Positions 32,585 to 42,242 of a DNA stretch of 64,000 bases are shown piece after piece. The notes under the pieces are model-generated. The model was not told the origin of the DNA, did no database searches, and saw only the letters and a program-made list of their open reading frames with translations. How positions within the stretch are numbered: position 1 is the first letter of the stretch; each line of letters starts with the position of its first letter. Where the stretch lies: positions 115,166-179,165 of the forward strand of contig JANRJG010000014.1 of the NCBI GenBank assembly GCA_033875315.1, written 5' to 3'. Source of the DNA: Candidatus Methylacidiphilales bacterium. GTDB lineage: Bacteria > Verrucomicrobiota > Verrucomicrobiia > Methylacidiphilales > CAZTYG01. The translations under genes and the position numbers were made by a program.

Positions 32585-33997
32585 TTACAAAAGGAAGCCC
32601 AAGGGCGGTTGACCCGACAGGGGGTCGTGGAAGGCGCCGATGTTCGGCAGGACGGTGGAGAGGTCACGCGGCGAAACACCCAGCCAAAGAGCCAGTTCGG
32701 CGCTGTATTGGTCGACGGAAAGCGTGGGGATCAAGCGGCCCTGTCCGGCGTCGACATCCGACTTCAAGGCCAGACTGGGGTAGCGCCCGTAGATTTTTCC
32801 ACCCTTGACCGGACCACCGAGAACGAGCTGGTTGCCGCCCCAGCCGTGGTCGGATCCGCGACCGTTCCAGGTCAGGGTCCGTCCGAAATCCGAGGCGGTG
32901 AAGAGAACGACATCGTTGGCCGTGCCCAACTCATCCATGGCGGTCATGAAGGCCGCGAGGGCGGCACTGACCTCGCCCAGCATGGTGTTCTGATTGACGA
33001 TGACTTCATTGTGATGGTCCCATCCTCCGCGGTTGACGAAGAAGGTCTGGCGTCGCAGGCCCAGGGCGGAATGGGCCCCAATGGCACGGGCGACCATGCG
33101 GAGGTCGCGACCGGTGCGGGTATCGGGGAAAACGGTGTTCATTTTCACCGGATTGACGGCGGCGGAAAAGCGCTGGTGTGCTTCGATGGCGTTCTCCGTG
33201 GTCTCCACATAGGTCTGCTCGAACAGGCTCTTGTATTGCTGGTCGAGCAGGCTGCGCACGGCCGCGGACTCGCCGGGCCGGGCGCCCTTGGACTCGAGGC
33301 TCTTCATGCCGACGCTGCCGTTGGGGGTGATGCAGTATTGGAAGCTCTGGCGGGTGGATTGGAAGGTATTGATCCCGGAGAGCGAGATGTTCATGGAAAT
33401 TTTGGCGTCCGGATTGAGTCCCCGCAGAAGATCGGAGGCACGACCGCCCCATCCATTATCGGAGCGTCGGTTGGGCAGCGCGGTCATCCATTGCTCCGAC
33501 TGGTCGGAATGCGAGTAGAGGCCGAGCGGGAGGGAGGTTTTTGTTTTGTATTCGGCCAGGGTGACCGGGCGGACGAGCGAGCCGACATTGGCAATGAAGG
33601 CGGCGCGTCCGGCGTCGAAGAGGGCCTTCAATTCAGGCATGGCCGGATGCAAACCGAGCTCGGGGTGGTGGTCGCCCGCCGGACCGAGGGGGAGGAGCTT
33701 GTCCATGGGATGGGCCAGGCCCTGGCGGCTGGCGGCGTAGGCGGCATGGGCCTCGCCGGACCGGGGGCAGAGCATGTTGAAGGAATCGTTGCCACCACCG
33801 AGGAAGAGGCAGACGATGGCGCGGTAGCCGGGAAGGTTGCTGCTTTGTGCGGCGGCATTGCCGGCCAGGGCCAGATTGAGCAGGGTGGAAAAGACCGGGG
33901 TGCAGCTGATGCCCGCACAGGCGGCCTGGCCGAGGAAGTGCCGCCGGGAGAGGCCGGGCGGATTTCCGGATGATTTAATGCGGGATGTGAGGCTCAT
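32585..33997 (-). CDS. DUF1501 domain protein (sulfatase-fold, Tat-type leader)
   Basis: SRRHFLGQAACAGI leader. GGNDSFN and GWDHH motifs, C-terminal SDHGWGG. Confidence 0.85.
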   Translation of the reverse strand: MSLTSRIKSSGNPPGLSRRHFLGQAACAGISCTPVFSTLLNLALAGNAAAQSSNLPGYRAIVCLFLGGGNDSFNMLCPRSGEAHAAYAASRQGLAHPMDKLLPLGPAGDHHPELGLHPAMPELKALFDAGRAAFIANVGSLVRPVTLAEYKTKTSLPLGLYSHSDQSEQWMTALPNRRSDNGWGGRASDLLRGLNPDAKISMNISLSGINTFQSTRQSFQYCITPNGSVGMKSLESKGARPGESAAVRSLLDQQYKSLFEQTYVETTENAIEAHQRFSAAVNPVKMNTVFPDTRTGRDLRMVARAIGAHSALGLRRQTFFVNRGGWDHHNEVIVNQNTMLGEVSAALAAFMTAMDELGTANDVVLFTASDFGRTLTWNGRGSDHGWGGNQLVLGGPVKGGKIYGRYPSLALKSDVDAGQGRLIPTLSVDQYSAELALWLGVSPRDLSTVLPNIGAFHDPLSGQPPLGFLL

Positions 33998-35598
33998 GGC
34001 AGGATGGCGCTTTCCGGGCTGATGCTGGTGAGGTAAACGGCCAGCTTGGCGCGCTCCTCGGGTTTGGTGTCGGGAATTTCCCCGATGGCGCCCCGGATGA
34101 TCTGCCGGGTGGAATCCCGCAGGCGCCCGCCGGCCAGAAGCAGGTTGAGGTGCTGGATGAGCGCGTCGGGGTCGCGGGCCAGCTGGATTTCCCGGGAAAA
34201 GTCCAATACCACCTCGCCCTCGGCCCGCCCGATCTTGCCCCGGTAAATGAAGTCGCGGAGGAAGTTGGGCAGGCTGATGGCAGTGACAGCATTGGTGATT
34301 TCGAACTCCGGGGCGACCAGGCCGGCATCGGCGATCGGGCCCGGGGGGGAATAACTGGGCAGGTAAAAATTAAAAACACTGCGCGCGCTGCCGGGTTCCT
34401 GGCCGAGGAATTGGGCGAGGTTGGAGACGGTGAATGTGCCGTCCTTGGCCGTGCCGCGGAACGCGCGGACCAGGGAGACCAGCCGGAGGTAAGGTTCGCG
34501 CTGCATGCCTTTGTCGTAGGTGGCGGCGGGCAGGCGGGCCTCGGCGTCCATGAGGATGGCACGGACGACGGCCTGCAGGTCGCCGCGCACCCCGCGGCCG
34601 TTGTTGACGAAAACTTCTGACACACGGCGCAGGTAACCCGGGGAGGGATTGGAAGTGGTCAGGCGCTGGATCAGGAGGCGGCAGACAAAGGGCGGGGTGT
34701 TCGGATGATGGAAGAGGATGTCGAGGGTGTCCTCCACATCCTTGCCTGCGGGCTGGTCGGCCGGAAGGGTCTTGCGACCGAGGATGTTTTTCGGCCCGTT
34801 GTCATGGAACTCGGGGTAGTGCACCAACGGGGTGAACCATTGTTGGGGGGCGTTCTTGAATCCAACCTTTCCATCCTTTGGAGGAAAACCCATTCCGGTG
34901 AAAACCCGGGCCAGCTCCTGGATGTCCTCGTTGGTGTAGGTGGGCACCGGCTGGCCCTTGACCAATTGGCGCGTGCCGTCGGGGTTGAGTTCGTAGAGCC
35001 CGATGGTGAAGAGCTGCATGATCTCACGGGCGTAATTCTCGTCCGGACGACGTTTGCCCTCGGGGTCGGCTTTCTCGTTGCGCAGGTAGGTCAGGTAGAC
35101 CCCCATGGCGGGGTGGTGGGTCACGGCTCCGAGGAGGGTGCGGTAATTGCCCAGGCCCTGGTCCACCAAGGTGTCATAATAGTGGGCCAGCGCTTCCGGG
35201 TTGCCCGAGAGCGAGTTGGCTTCGTCGGAGACGACGAAAATCTGGCTCCATGCGTAGGCCAGACGTTGCCGGAGCTGGTCCCCGCCGGTGACCGCATTGC
35301 GCCACCAAATGTATTTCCGGTGGGCGTTGTTGAGTTTGCCCTCCTTGACCAGGTCGGTCCGGGTTTTGAGTTCGAGCAACAACGGGAGATTGTGGCTGGC
35401 CGGACGTTGGAATTGTTCGGTGATCCAGCCTTCGTAGTGCAGTTCCTTCACCCGCGCCACATCGGCTTCGGTGGGACCAAAACTGGCCTGCATCAGGAAC
35501 CGTTCGGCATCACCCGGTTCGATGAGCAGGGCATGGGCGCTGAGGGTCGTCAGAAAAACAACACCCGCCAGCCAGCCGCGAAGAGCGAGAGCCATCAT
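33994..35598 (-). CDS. DUF1800 domain protein
   Basis: FLMQASFGPT and RQRLAYAWSQIFVVS are typical of DUF1800. ATGA overlap with the DUF1501 gene (the canonical pair). Confidence 0.85.
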   Translation of the reverse strand: MMALALRGWLAGVVFLTTLSAHALLIEPGDAERFLMQASFGPTEADVARVKELHYEGWITEQFQRPASHNLPLLLELKTRTDLVKEGKLNNAHRKYIWWRNAVTGGDQLRQRLAYAWSQIFVVSDEANSLSGNPEALAHYYDTLVDQGLGNYRTLLGAVTHHPAMGVYLTYLRNEKADPEGKRRPDENYAREIMQLFTIGLYELNPDGTRQLVKGQPVPTYTNEDIQELARVFTGMGFPPKDGKVGFKNAPQQWFTPLVHYPEFHDNGPKNILGRKTLPADQPAGKDVEDTLDILFHHPNTPPFVCRLLIQRLTTSNPSPGYLRRVSEVFVNNGRGVRGDLQAVVRAILMDAEARLPAATYDKGMQREPYLRLVSLVRAFRGTAKDGTFTVSNLAQFLGQEPGSARSVFNFYLPSYSPPGPIADAGLVAPEFEITNAVTAISLPNFLRDFIYRGKIGRAEGEVVLDFSREIQLARDPDALIQHLNLLLAGGRLRDSTRQIIRGAIGEIPDTKPEERAKLAVYLTSISPESAILP

Positions 35599-35707
35599 GG
35601 AATCCTAAGCGGATTTTTGGTGGATGGCAAAAAGAGAAAGAATGTCCTGCGGCTTTGCGGAAGATTACATACTTGAACCCGCGAGTTGCCGGGCATAAAG
35701 CTGGAAA

Positions 35708-36799
35708 ATGATTCCGAATCCGCGCTCTTTTTTTCTCCCGGACCAAGTCTGGACCGATGATCGCGGTATTCCCATCAACGCTCATGGCGGCGGCGTCCTG
35801 TTCCATGCGGGTGTTTATTATTGGTTTGGAGAACACAAAACCCAGGGCGATGCGGCGGAGGTGGGGGTCCATGTGTATGCCTCGCATGACCTTTACAATT
35901 GGCGGGACGAAGGCATTGCCCTGCCGGTGTCGGATGATCCGGCAAGCGAGATCACCCGTGGGTGCATCATTGAGCGGCCGAAGGTGATTCATCACGCAGG
36001 CACGGGTAAATTCATCATGTGGTTCCACTTGGAAAAAAAAGACGAAGGCCGCCGGGCGGCTCTGAGTGGGATTGCGGTTTCAGACACCCCCGTCGGGCCC
36101 TATGTTTTCCAAAAAGCCGTCCGCCCCGATGCCGGGGTCTGGCCGATCAACGCCACTGAGGAGGACAAGGCCGGGCTGGCGGAAGCCCGGAAGCTGCTTG
36201 GTTCTTCATTCGTCGGGAGTCCGCACCCCGACCGGGCCAGACAGAATTTTCTCGCCCGCGATTTCGAAGGCGGCCAGATGGCCAAGGACATGACCCTGTT
36301 TGTCGACGACGACGAGCGGGCCTACCATGTTTTTTCCTCGGAAGAAAATGCCACCCTGCACATCTCGCTTTTGTCCTCCGACTACCAATCCCATGCTGGA
36401 AAATGGGCGCGCGCCTTTCCTTACCTTTGGCACGAGGCCCCGGCGGTCTGCAAGCATGACGGGCGCTACTGGATGATATCCTCCCACTGCACCGGATGGC
36501 ATCCGAATGCCGCCCGGTCGGCGGTGGCTGATTCCATTTGGGGTCCCTGGAGGGAACTGGGTAATCCCTGTGTGGGGGATGCACCACCCGGTCGATTGGG
36601 ACCGGATCTGACGTTTGGCGGTCAGAGCACATTTATTCTTCCGGTGCAAGGCCGTCCGGGCGCTTTCATTGCCATGTTCGACATCTGGCGCCCTGAAAAC
36701 CATCCCACCGGGGGGTATGCCTGGTTGCCGGTGGAATTCGAGCGTGACCGCCTCACTATCCGCTGGCACGATCGCTGGGATCTCTCAATATTTGATTGA
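35708..36799 (+). CDS. glycoside hydrolase family 43-like protein
   Basis: INAHGGGVLFHAGVYYWFGEHK and ERPKVIH ... KFIMWFH follow the five-bladed propeller GH43-type pattern. Confidence 0.7.
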   Translation: MIPNPRSFFLPDQVWTDDRGIPINAHGGGVLFHAGVYYWFGEHKTQGDAAEVGVHVYASHDLYNWRDEGIALPVSDDPASEITRGCIIERPKVIHHAGTGKFIMWFHLEKKDEGRRAALSGIAVSDTPVGPYVFQKAVRPDAGVWPINATEEDKAGLAEARKLLGSSFVGSPHPDRARQNFLARDFEGGQMAKDMTLFVDDDERAYHVFSSEENATLHISLLSSDYQSHAGKWARAFPYLWHEAPAVCKHDGRYWMISSHCTGWHPNAARSAVADSIWGPWRELGNPCVGDAPPGRLGPDLTFGGQSTFILPVQGRPGAFIAMFDIWRPENHPTGGYAWLPVEFERDRLTIRWHDRWDLSIFD

Positions 36800-36868
36800 A
36801 GGACACCGCCCGATCGATGCCCGATTGGAGTTCCATTGGCGCCGCCTTGCCCGCCGCCCGGAAAGGGA

Positions 36869-38134
36869 TCAGTTCATCAACAGGCGTTCCCAGGCGCTTT
36901 CAACCTCGAAGACGCGGTTGAGGAAGCTGAGGTCGCTTTTGTCGCCGGATTCGGATGAAACGGGCTGCACGGGAAAGTTGAGGGTGAATTGGGTGCCGGT
37001 CCCGGGCTGCGAATGGACGCTGAGGGTCCCACCGTGATGATAGACCAGGAAGAAGACCGAGAGCAGACCAATGCCCAGATCGGAGGGGGACTCGGGCTGG
37101 ATGTAAAAAGGATCGAAGAGCCGGAAGAGCGCGTTTTCGGGGAACCCCGGGCCATTGTCATGGATGTCGATGGTCACCCGTGGCCCGCCGATGGCATTGG
37201 CCGGGGAGAGCTTGAATCCGATGCGGATTTCACCGCCTTTGGGCAAAAGCTTGATCTGCTCCCTTCCGAGGGACTCGAAGATCTGGAGGAAGAGTTTCTG
37301 GTTGGCCTGGATGGCGGGCAAACCATTGGATTCCTCCAGCACGAGACGGATGGAATTGGCGGCGAAGGCGGCCGTTTGCGGGGCATAGGCCTCGCGCACG
37401 GCGGTTGGGATATCAAGCCGGTCGTCGAACCGTGATGCCGGCGGGGTGACGTAGCCGTCGATGTCGTGGAGGAAGCCGACGATGCCCTCAAGCTGGTCCT
37501 GGGCTTTTTTGTAAAATTCGTTCCAGTAGGAAGGGTCCTGGAGGTGCTGCAGACTGATGTTCTCCTGGGCCAGCTTGGCCGGTGCGAGATCGAGGAAGGC
37601 CTTGACCGCCGTTAGGGAATTGCGGAGGTGGTGGCCGAGCCCGCTGGCCATGATGCCGAGGCTGAGAAGCCGGTCGGTGAGCATCATGCGGTGGATGGCG
37701 GAGATTTTTTCCCGCAAGAGATGGTCGCGTTCCTGTTGGACGATGTAGAACTCCATCGCCCGGCGGAGGGTGAGCTCAAGATTGGCGTAGTCGAAGGGTT
37801 TGGTGATGTATTTGTAGATGGCCCCGGTATTGACCGCCTGGATGGTGGCGTCCATGTCCGCATAGGCGGTGGCCATGATGCGCAGGGCGCGCGGTTGGAT
37901 CTTGCGGGCCTTTTCCAGGAATTCGACCCCGGTCTCGCCCGGCATGCGCTGGTCGGTGACGATGATGCCGATCTGGTCGCCGTGTTTCTGGAGCAGCATC
38001 AGGCCGTCGGTGGCGTTGGCCGCGGTGAGCACATGGAATACCGATTCCAGGTTGAACGTGAAATATTTCAGCGAGAGCTCCTCGTCATCGACGAAAAGAA
38101 TGCTGAATTTGCGGTAATTATAGGTTTCCTGCAT
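36869..38134 (-). CDS. response-regulator receiver fused to a histidine kinase core (REC-HK)
   Basis: ILFVDDEELS ... VTDQRMPGETG (REC). GLGHHLRNSL (H-box-like). HDNGPGFP ... GIGLL (HATPase). ATG at 38132-38134. Confidence 0.8.
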   Translation of the reverse strand: MQETYNYRKFSILFVDDEELSLKYFTFNLESVFHVLTAANATDGLMLLQKHGDQIGIIVTDQRMPGETGVEFLEKARKIQPRALRIMATAYADMDATIQAVNTGAIYKYITKPFDYANLELTLRRAMEFYIVQQERDHLLREKISAIHRMMLTDRLLSLGIMASGLGHHLRNSLTAVKAFLDLAPAKLAQENISLQHLQDPSYWNEFYKKAQDQLEGIVGFLHDIDGYVTPPASRFDDRLDIPTAVREAYAPQTAAFAANSIRLVLEESNGLPAIQANQKLFLQIFESLGREQIKLLPKGGEIRIGFKLSPANAIGGPRVTIDIHDNGPGFPENALFRLFDPFYIQPESPSDLGIGLLSVFFLVYHHGGTLSVHSQPGTGTQFTLNFPVQPVSSESGDKSDLSFLNRVFEVESAWERLLMN

Positions 38135-40808
38135 GGCGGAGGTTCTCCGTGGGATGGGATGATAGGTTGGGTACAGAGTCTGGCAAGGGGAATTGGACGG
38201 TGAATTCGCAGAAGCGGCCGGGTTCGGAGCGGACGTGGATGGTGGCCCCGTGCTGGCAGGCAATGCGGTAACAGGTGCTCAGGCCGAGGCCGACGCCTTT
38301 GCCGACTTCCTTGGTGGTGAAAAAAGGGTCAAAAACACGCTTCTGGATATCCGGGGGGATGCCGGCCCCGTTGTCGCGCACGGCCAATTCGGCGTGGTTG
38401 TTGCGTCCCTTCCATGAGAGGTGGATGGTGCCCTGGGCCGGTTGCTCCGCCAGGCTGTCCAGGGCGTTCTGCAGGAGATTGGTGACGAGGTGGACGAGCT
38501 GGTTGGCGTTTCCTTCAATGCCGAGCCTGGGGTCGCACTCCTGGGTCAGTGAGACCCCTTGGAGTTGGTGGCTGACCAAAGCCCGGGCGATGCGGAAGAC
38601 TTCCTCCATCTGGACGGGGCGCACATCGGTGGCGTCGGGGTGGGTGAATGAGCGGAGGTCGGAGGTGATCTTCTGTGCGCGCTCCAGACCGGTGCGGAGG
38701 TCGCGGAGCATTTCCTCCAGAGTGGCCCGGCCTTCATTACTGGCGAGCGAATCCAAGCGCCGTTCGATCGCACGGAGGGCGCCGGAGGAAAAGTTCAGCG
38801 GGTTGTTGACCTCGTGCAAAATACCGGCGCTGAGTTGGCCGAGGGACGCCATTTTGGCGGAGTGGACCAATTGGTCTTCGGTTTCACGGAGGGTTTCCAG
38901 CGTCCGGGATAGTTCTGTCTGGGCCGCGCGGAGCCTGACCAGATTGCGGCAACGGACGAGGAGTTCGATGCCGGAAAACGGCTTGGTCAGGAAATCGGTG
39001 GCGCCTGCCTCCAGGGTCTGCAAGCGGGATTCCTCATCGGCCCGCGCGGTGAGAAGGATGACAGGCAGGTGGCGGGTCGCCTCCTGCTGGCGCAACGCCT
39101 TGCAAGTGGCCAGGCCGTCCAGTGCGGGCATCATGTAATCAAGGACGGCAAGCTGGGGTTGGTGCCGGTGGATGAGGTCGAGGGCTTCCCGTCCATCCCG
39201 TGCGGCGAGGACATGGAACTCGCGGGAAAGCTGGGATGACAGGAAACGGAGCATTTGCGGTTCATCATCCGCGATCAGGATGACCGGCAAATCGGGGTCG
39301 CCGTCGGGGATGGAGGTTTGGGTCCCGTTTTCGGAGGGCGGGGCCAGCGTGGGGAAGTATTCGGCCTTGCGATAGAGATTGGCCAGCCAGGGGTCGGTCG
39401 TTTCTTCGGTGGGAGCGGCCGGAACGGCCTTCTCGGCGGGGGCCGGAGGGACGGGGGTGTTGGACGCGGCGGTGGGGGCCATGGCTGCCGGGACCCTGGG
39501 GAACAAAAGGGTGAAGGTGGCCCCGTGACCGGGGGTGGAGTCCAGTCGCACGCTGCCGCCATGGGCCTCGGTCAGGTCTTTGACCAGAGCGAGCCCGAGC
39601 CCAGCGCCCTGGTGCTTGCGTGTGCTGGCCTGGTCGGCCTGCCAGAATGGATCAAAGATGCGTTGCTGGTCTTCGGGGGGGATGCCCGGACCGGTGTCGG
39701 CCACGGTGATCTCCAGATTCTCCGCCGTATCGCGGGCCCCGAGGGTGACGGTGCCTCCGGCGGGCGTGAATTTGAGCGCGTTGAAAAGGAGGTTGAGGAC
39801 GGCTTTTTCCATTTTGTCGGGATCGGCCTGCAATTCACCAAGGCCGTCGGCAATCGACAGGCTGAGGGTGACTTTGTTTCTTTCCGCCAAGGGCTGGGCC
39901 AGCCGGGCGAGGCCGTGGAGGAAGTCGGAAGGGGCGACGCGGACAAGGTCGAGTGTGGTTTTGCCTTCCTGCAGGCGGACCAATTCAAGAAGATCGTTGA
40001 TCAGTTTGAGCAGGCGGAGCGCGTTGTTGTGCATCAGGTCGAGGAGCCCGGATTCCTCGGCTGTGCGGGCGGCGGAGGTGCGGAGTCGTTCGAGCGGGGC
40101 GACGAGCAGCGTGAGCGGCGTGCGGAGTTCATGGCTGATGTTGGCAAAGAACCGGCCCTTCATCTGGTCGAGCTCCATGAGCTTGCGGTGGCTCGATTCA
40201 ATTTCGCGTCGGCTGGCATCGAGTTGCTGGCGGTTGGCGAACTCACGGAAACGGAGCCGGTTGAGGAAATAGTTTCCCGTGATCATGACCACCCCGGTGA
40301 GGATGATGAAATAGAGGTTGTTGAATAGCAGTCGCGTGTCGGAGTCCCCCTGGAGGCTGCAGGCGGCGACATACATCGCAAGGGTGAGGATGAAGGCGGT
40401 GGCACTCTCCAGCACCGTGACCTGGGCGACCCAGCTGACGGCGATGAGCACCAGGGTGAGTCCGGCGTAATAAGGTGAACGCACGCCCTCGGACTGGTAG
40501 ATCATCAGGCATATGAAGGCGGAGGGAAGGATGAACCAGGAAAGCCCGAGTTCGCGGAACCAGCGCCGGGCGAAGGCCGGCCAGGAAAGGAGGAGGAAAA
40601 GGACGCCGGCCAGGGCGGCGCAAATGAGGCGGAGGAAGAGGAAGGAGCCGGCCATTTCCGGGTAAACGAAATGGTCGAGAAGGGTGCCTGCGGGCATCAG
40701 GACGAAGGCGAGCAGACAACCGACCTTGGATGTGCTGATGCGGAAATCGCGGTTGTAATCGAGGAAATCACGCTCGAGCGGACTCTGGCTGGCGGCGTCC
40801 GGTTTCAT
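38118..40808 (-). CDS. membrane hybrid sensor kinase with HK-REC-HK architecture
   Basis: About 6-7 TM helices. FANISHELRTPL plus DTGPGIP (first kinase). ILIADDEP ... VLDYMMPALDG (REC). LSAGILHEVNNPL plus DNGAGIP (second kinase). ATGA overlap with the upstream gene. Confidence 0.85.
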   Translation of the reverse strand: MKPDAASQSPLERDFLDYNRDFRISTSKVGCLLAFVLMPAGTLLDHFVYPEMAGSFLFLRLICAALAGVLFLLLSWPAFARRWFRELGLSWFILPSAFICLMIYQSEGVRSPYYAGLTLVLIAVSWVAQVTVLESATAFILTLAMYVAACSLQGDSDTRLLFNNLYFIILTGVVMITGNYFLNRLRFREFANRQQLDASRREIESSHRKLMELDQMKGRFFANISHELRTPLTLLVAPLERLRTSAARTAEESGLLDLMHNNALRLLKLINDLLELVRLQEGKTTLDLVRVAPSDFLHGLARLAQPLAERNKVTLSLSIADGLGELQADPDKMEKAVLNLLFNALKFTPAGGTVTLGARDTAENLEITVADTGPGIPPEDQQRIFDPFWQADQASTRKHQGAGLGLALVKDLTEAHGGSVRLDSTPGHGATFTLLFPRVPAAMAPTAASNTPVPPAPAEKAVPAAPTEETTDPWLANLYRKAEYFPTLAPPSENGTQTSIPDGDPDLPVILIADDEPQMLRFLSSQLSREFHVLAARDGREALDLIHRHQPQLAVLDYMMPALDGLATCKALRQQEATRHLPVILLTARADEESRLQTLEAGATDFLTKPFSGIELLVRCRNLVRLRAAQTELSRTLETLRETEDQLVHSAKMASLGQLSAGILHEVNNPLNFSSGALRAIERRLDSLASNEGRATLEEMLRDLRTGLERAQKITSDLRSFTHPDATDVRPVQMEEVFRIARALVSHQLQGVSLTQECDPRLGIEGNANQLVHLVTNLLQNALDSLAEQPAQGTIHLSWKGRNNHAELAVRDNGAGIPPDIQKRVFDPFFTTKEVGKGVGLGLSTCYRIACQHGATIHVRSEPGRFCEFTVQFPLPDSVPNLSSHPTENLRHAGNL

Positions 40809-42226
40809 GCGGCAGGCTTGCGGATTTCCAGGAAAATGTTGACCCCCGTGCTGTCCGAACGGACCTGGCAGCGGGAGGGGTCGGCTTTGGCCGGAGCGAG
40901 GCGGCCCAGTTGGTCGGCGGTCCGGTAGATCAGGTGCCACTCCATGAGGTATTCCATCATGTGGCGGGAGGGGTTTTTGAGATCGACGTTGGTGACGACG
41001 AGCAACCCGTCAGGGGCCAGGAGGTCGTAAAAAATTTCCACCAGGCGTTTGCAGATGCGGTCGGAGAGGTAATCGAAAAGGCCGGCGCAGTAGATGAAGT
41101 CATAGACCGTGCCCGGTGCGGCCCCGGGTTCCGGGCCGTCTTTGAGGATCTGGTGGACGGAACGCTGGAGCATGCGGATCTGGGTTCGGCGTCCGAGATG
41201 GGCCCGGAGATTGCCGAGGGCATGCCCGGTGTTCTGGATGGTTTCCTCGTTGAAGTCGAGGAGGGTGAGGTGGGCACGGTCGCAGAGGTCGTCTTCGGTC
41301 AGGAAGCTCTGCACCTCCTTGGCCGGGCCACAACCCAGATTGAAGATCCGGGCCGGCTGGCCGCGGGCGGCACAGCGCTGCGTCTCGCCGCGGAGACAGT
41401 CGCGCAGATAGATGACGCGGTTGCGGTGGGCCTCCCCCGCCGGGAGGCGCAAAAAGTGCATGTTGAGCAGTTTGGCGAAGAGGGAGGCCCCCTCGATGGG
41501 GTCGCGCAGGATCATGTTCACCATCTCGTAATCACCGGCATAGCCCAGGGGTTTGGTGAACGTGCGCCAAAAGAAGGGCGAGCACAAAGTGAGGGGGTGG
41601 AGCTGGCGCCGGGCATAAGCGCGGTGCAAGGGCTGGAGCGGGGCTTCGATACCCTCGGCCAGTCCTTCAAAACGCACAAAGATGTCCTCCACGGTGGGAA
41701 GAATCAGGCCGCCCAGTTCATGGATGACGTCCCTTTCTATTTTATTGCGGTCTGAGCTGTTGCCCGAGGAACGGATGCCCAGCTCCACCTGTTCCAACCA
41801 GCGGCGGAGATCGGCCAGCAGGGTGTGCATGTCCGCAACCAGGATCTTGAAGTCCGGCGCCACCACCTGGAGTTTCTTCCACTCGAGGAGGAAGCCTTCG
41901 AATTCCGACCGGATGCGGTCGCCGGCGTACGAAGGATTGAAGAGATCGACATCCAACCATCCGTCTTCCAGGGTGGCCTCACAGACGAGGATGATGCCGG
42001 TGTTGACGAGCGAGCTGACGACCGCTCGCCCGGAGTAGACGAGGTGGTTGTTGAGGTGGATCTGGAAGTCGTTGAGAACTTCGGAAAGTTGGAGGATGCT
42101 GTAGGGGTTGTAGACCTCAAAGGCGATGATGTAGCGGGTCAACCGCAGGGATGAGCCGCGGACGGGCATTCCCTGGCTGTTTTTGCACAGTATGAAGGTC
42201 TCTTTTTCCTGAATGGGGGTGGCCAT
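40805..42226 (-). CDS. SAM-dependent methyltransferase with N-terminal beta-barrel (PilZ-like) region, PhcB-like
   Basis: KPLGYAGDYEMVNMIL, IFNLGCGPAKEV (motif I), LTLLDFNEE and YDFIYCAGLFDYL. At 473 aa, similar in size to what I recall for Ralstonia PhcB (about 470 aa, from memory). Confidence 0.6.
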   Translation of the reverse strand: MATPIQEKETFILCKNSQGMPVRGSSLRLTRYIIAFEVYNPYSILQLSEVLNDFQIHLNNHLVYSGRAVVSSLVNTGIILVCEATLEDGWLDVDLFNPSYAGDRIRSEFEGFLLEWKKLQVVAPDFKILVADMHTLLADLRRWLEQVELGIRSSGNSSDRNKIERDVIHELGGLILPTVEDIFVRFEGLAEGIEAPLQPLHRAYARRQLHPLTLCSPFFWRTFTKPLGYAGDYEMVNMILRDPIEGASLFAKLLNMHFLRLPAGEAHRNRVIYLRDCLRGETQRCAARGQPARIFNLGCGPAKEVQSFLTEDDLCDRAHLTLLDFNEETIQNTGHALGNLRAHLGRRTQIRMLQRSVHQILKDGPEPGAAPGTVYDFIYCAGLFDYLSDRICKRLVEIFYDLLAPDGLLVVTNVDLKNPSRHMMEYLMEWHLIYRTADQLGRLAPAKADPSRCQVRSDSTGVNIFLEIRKPAA

Positions 42227-42242
42227 GCGGGGGGCTCAGGGT

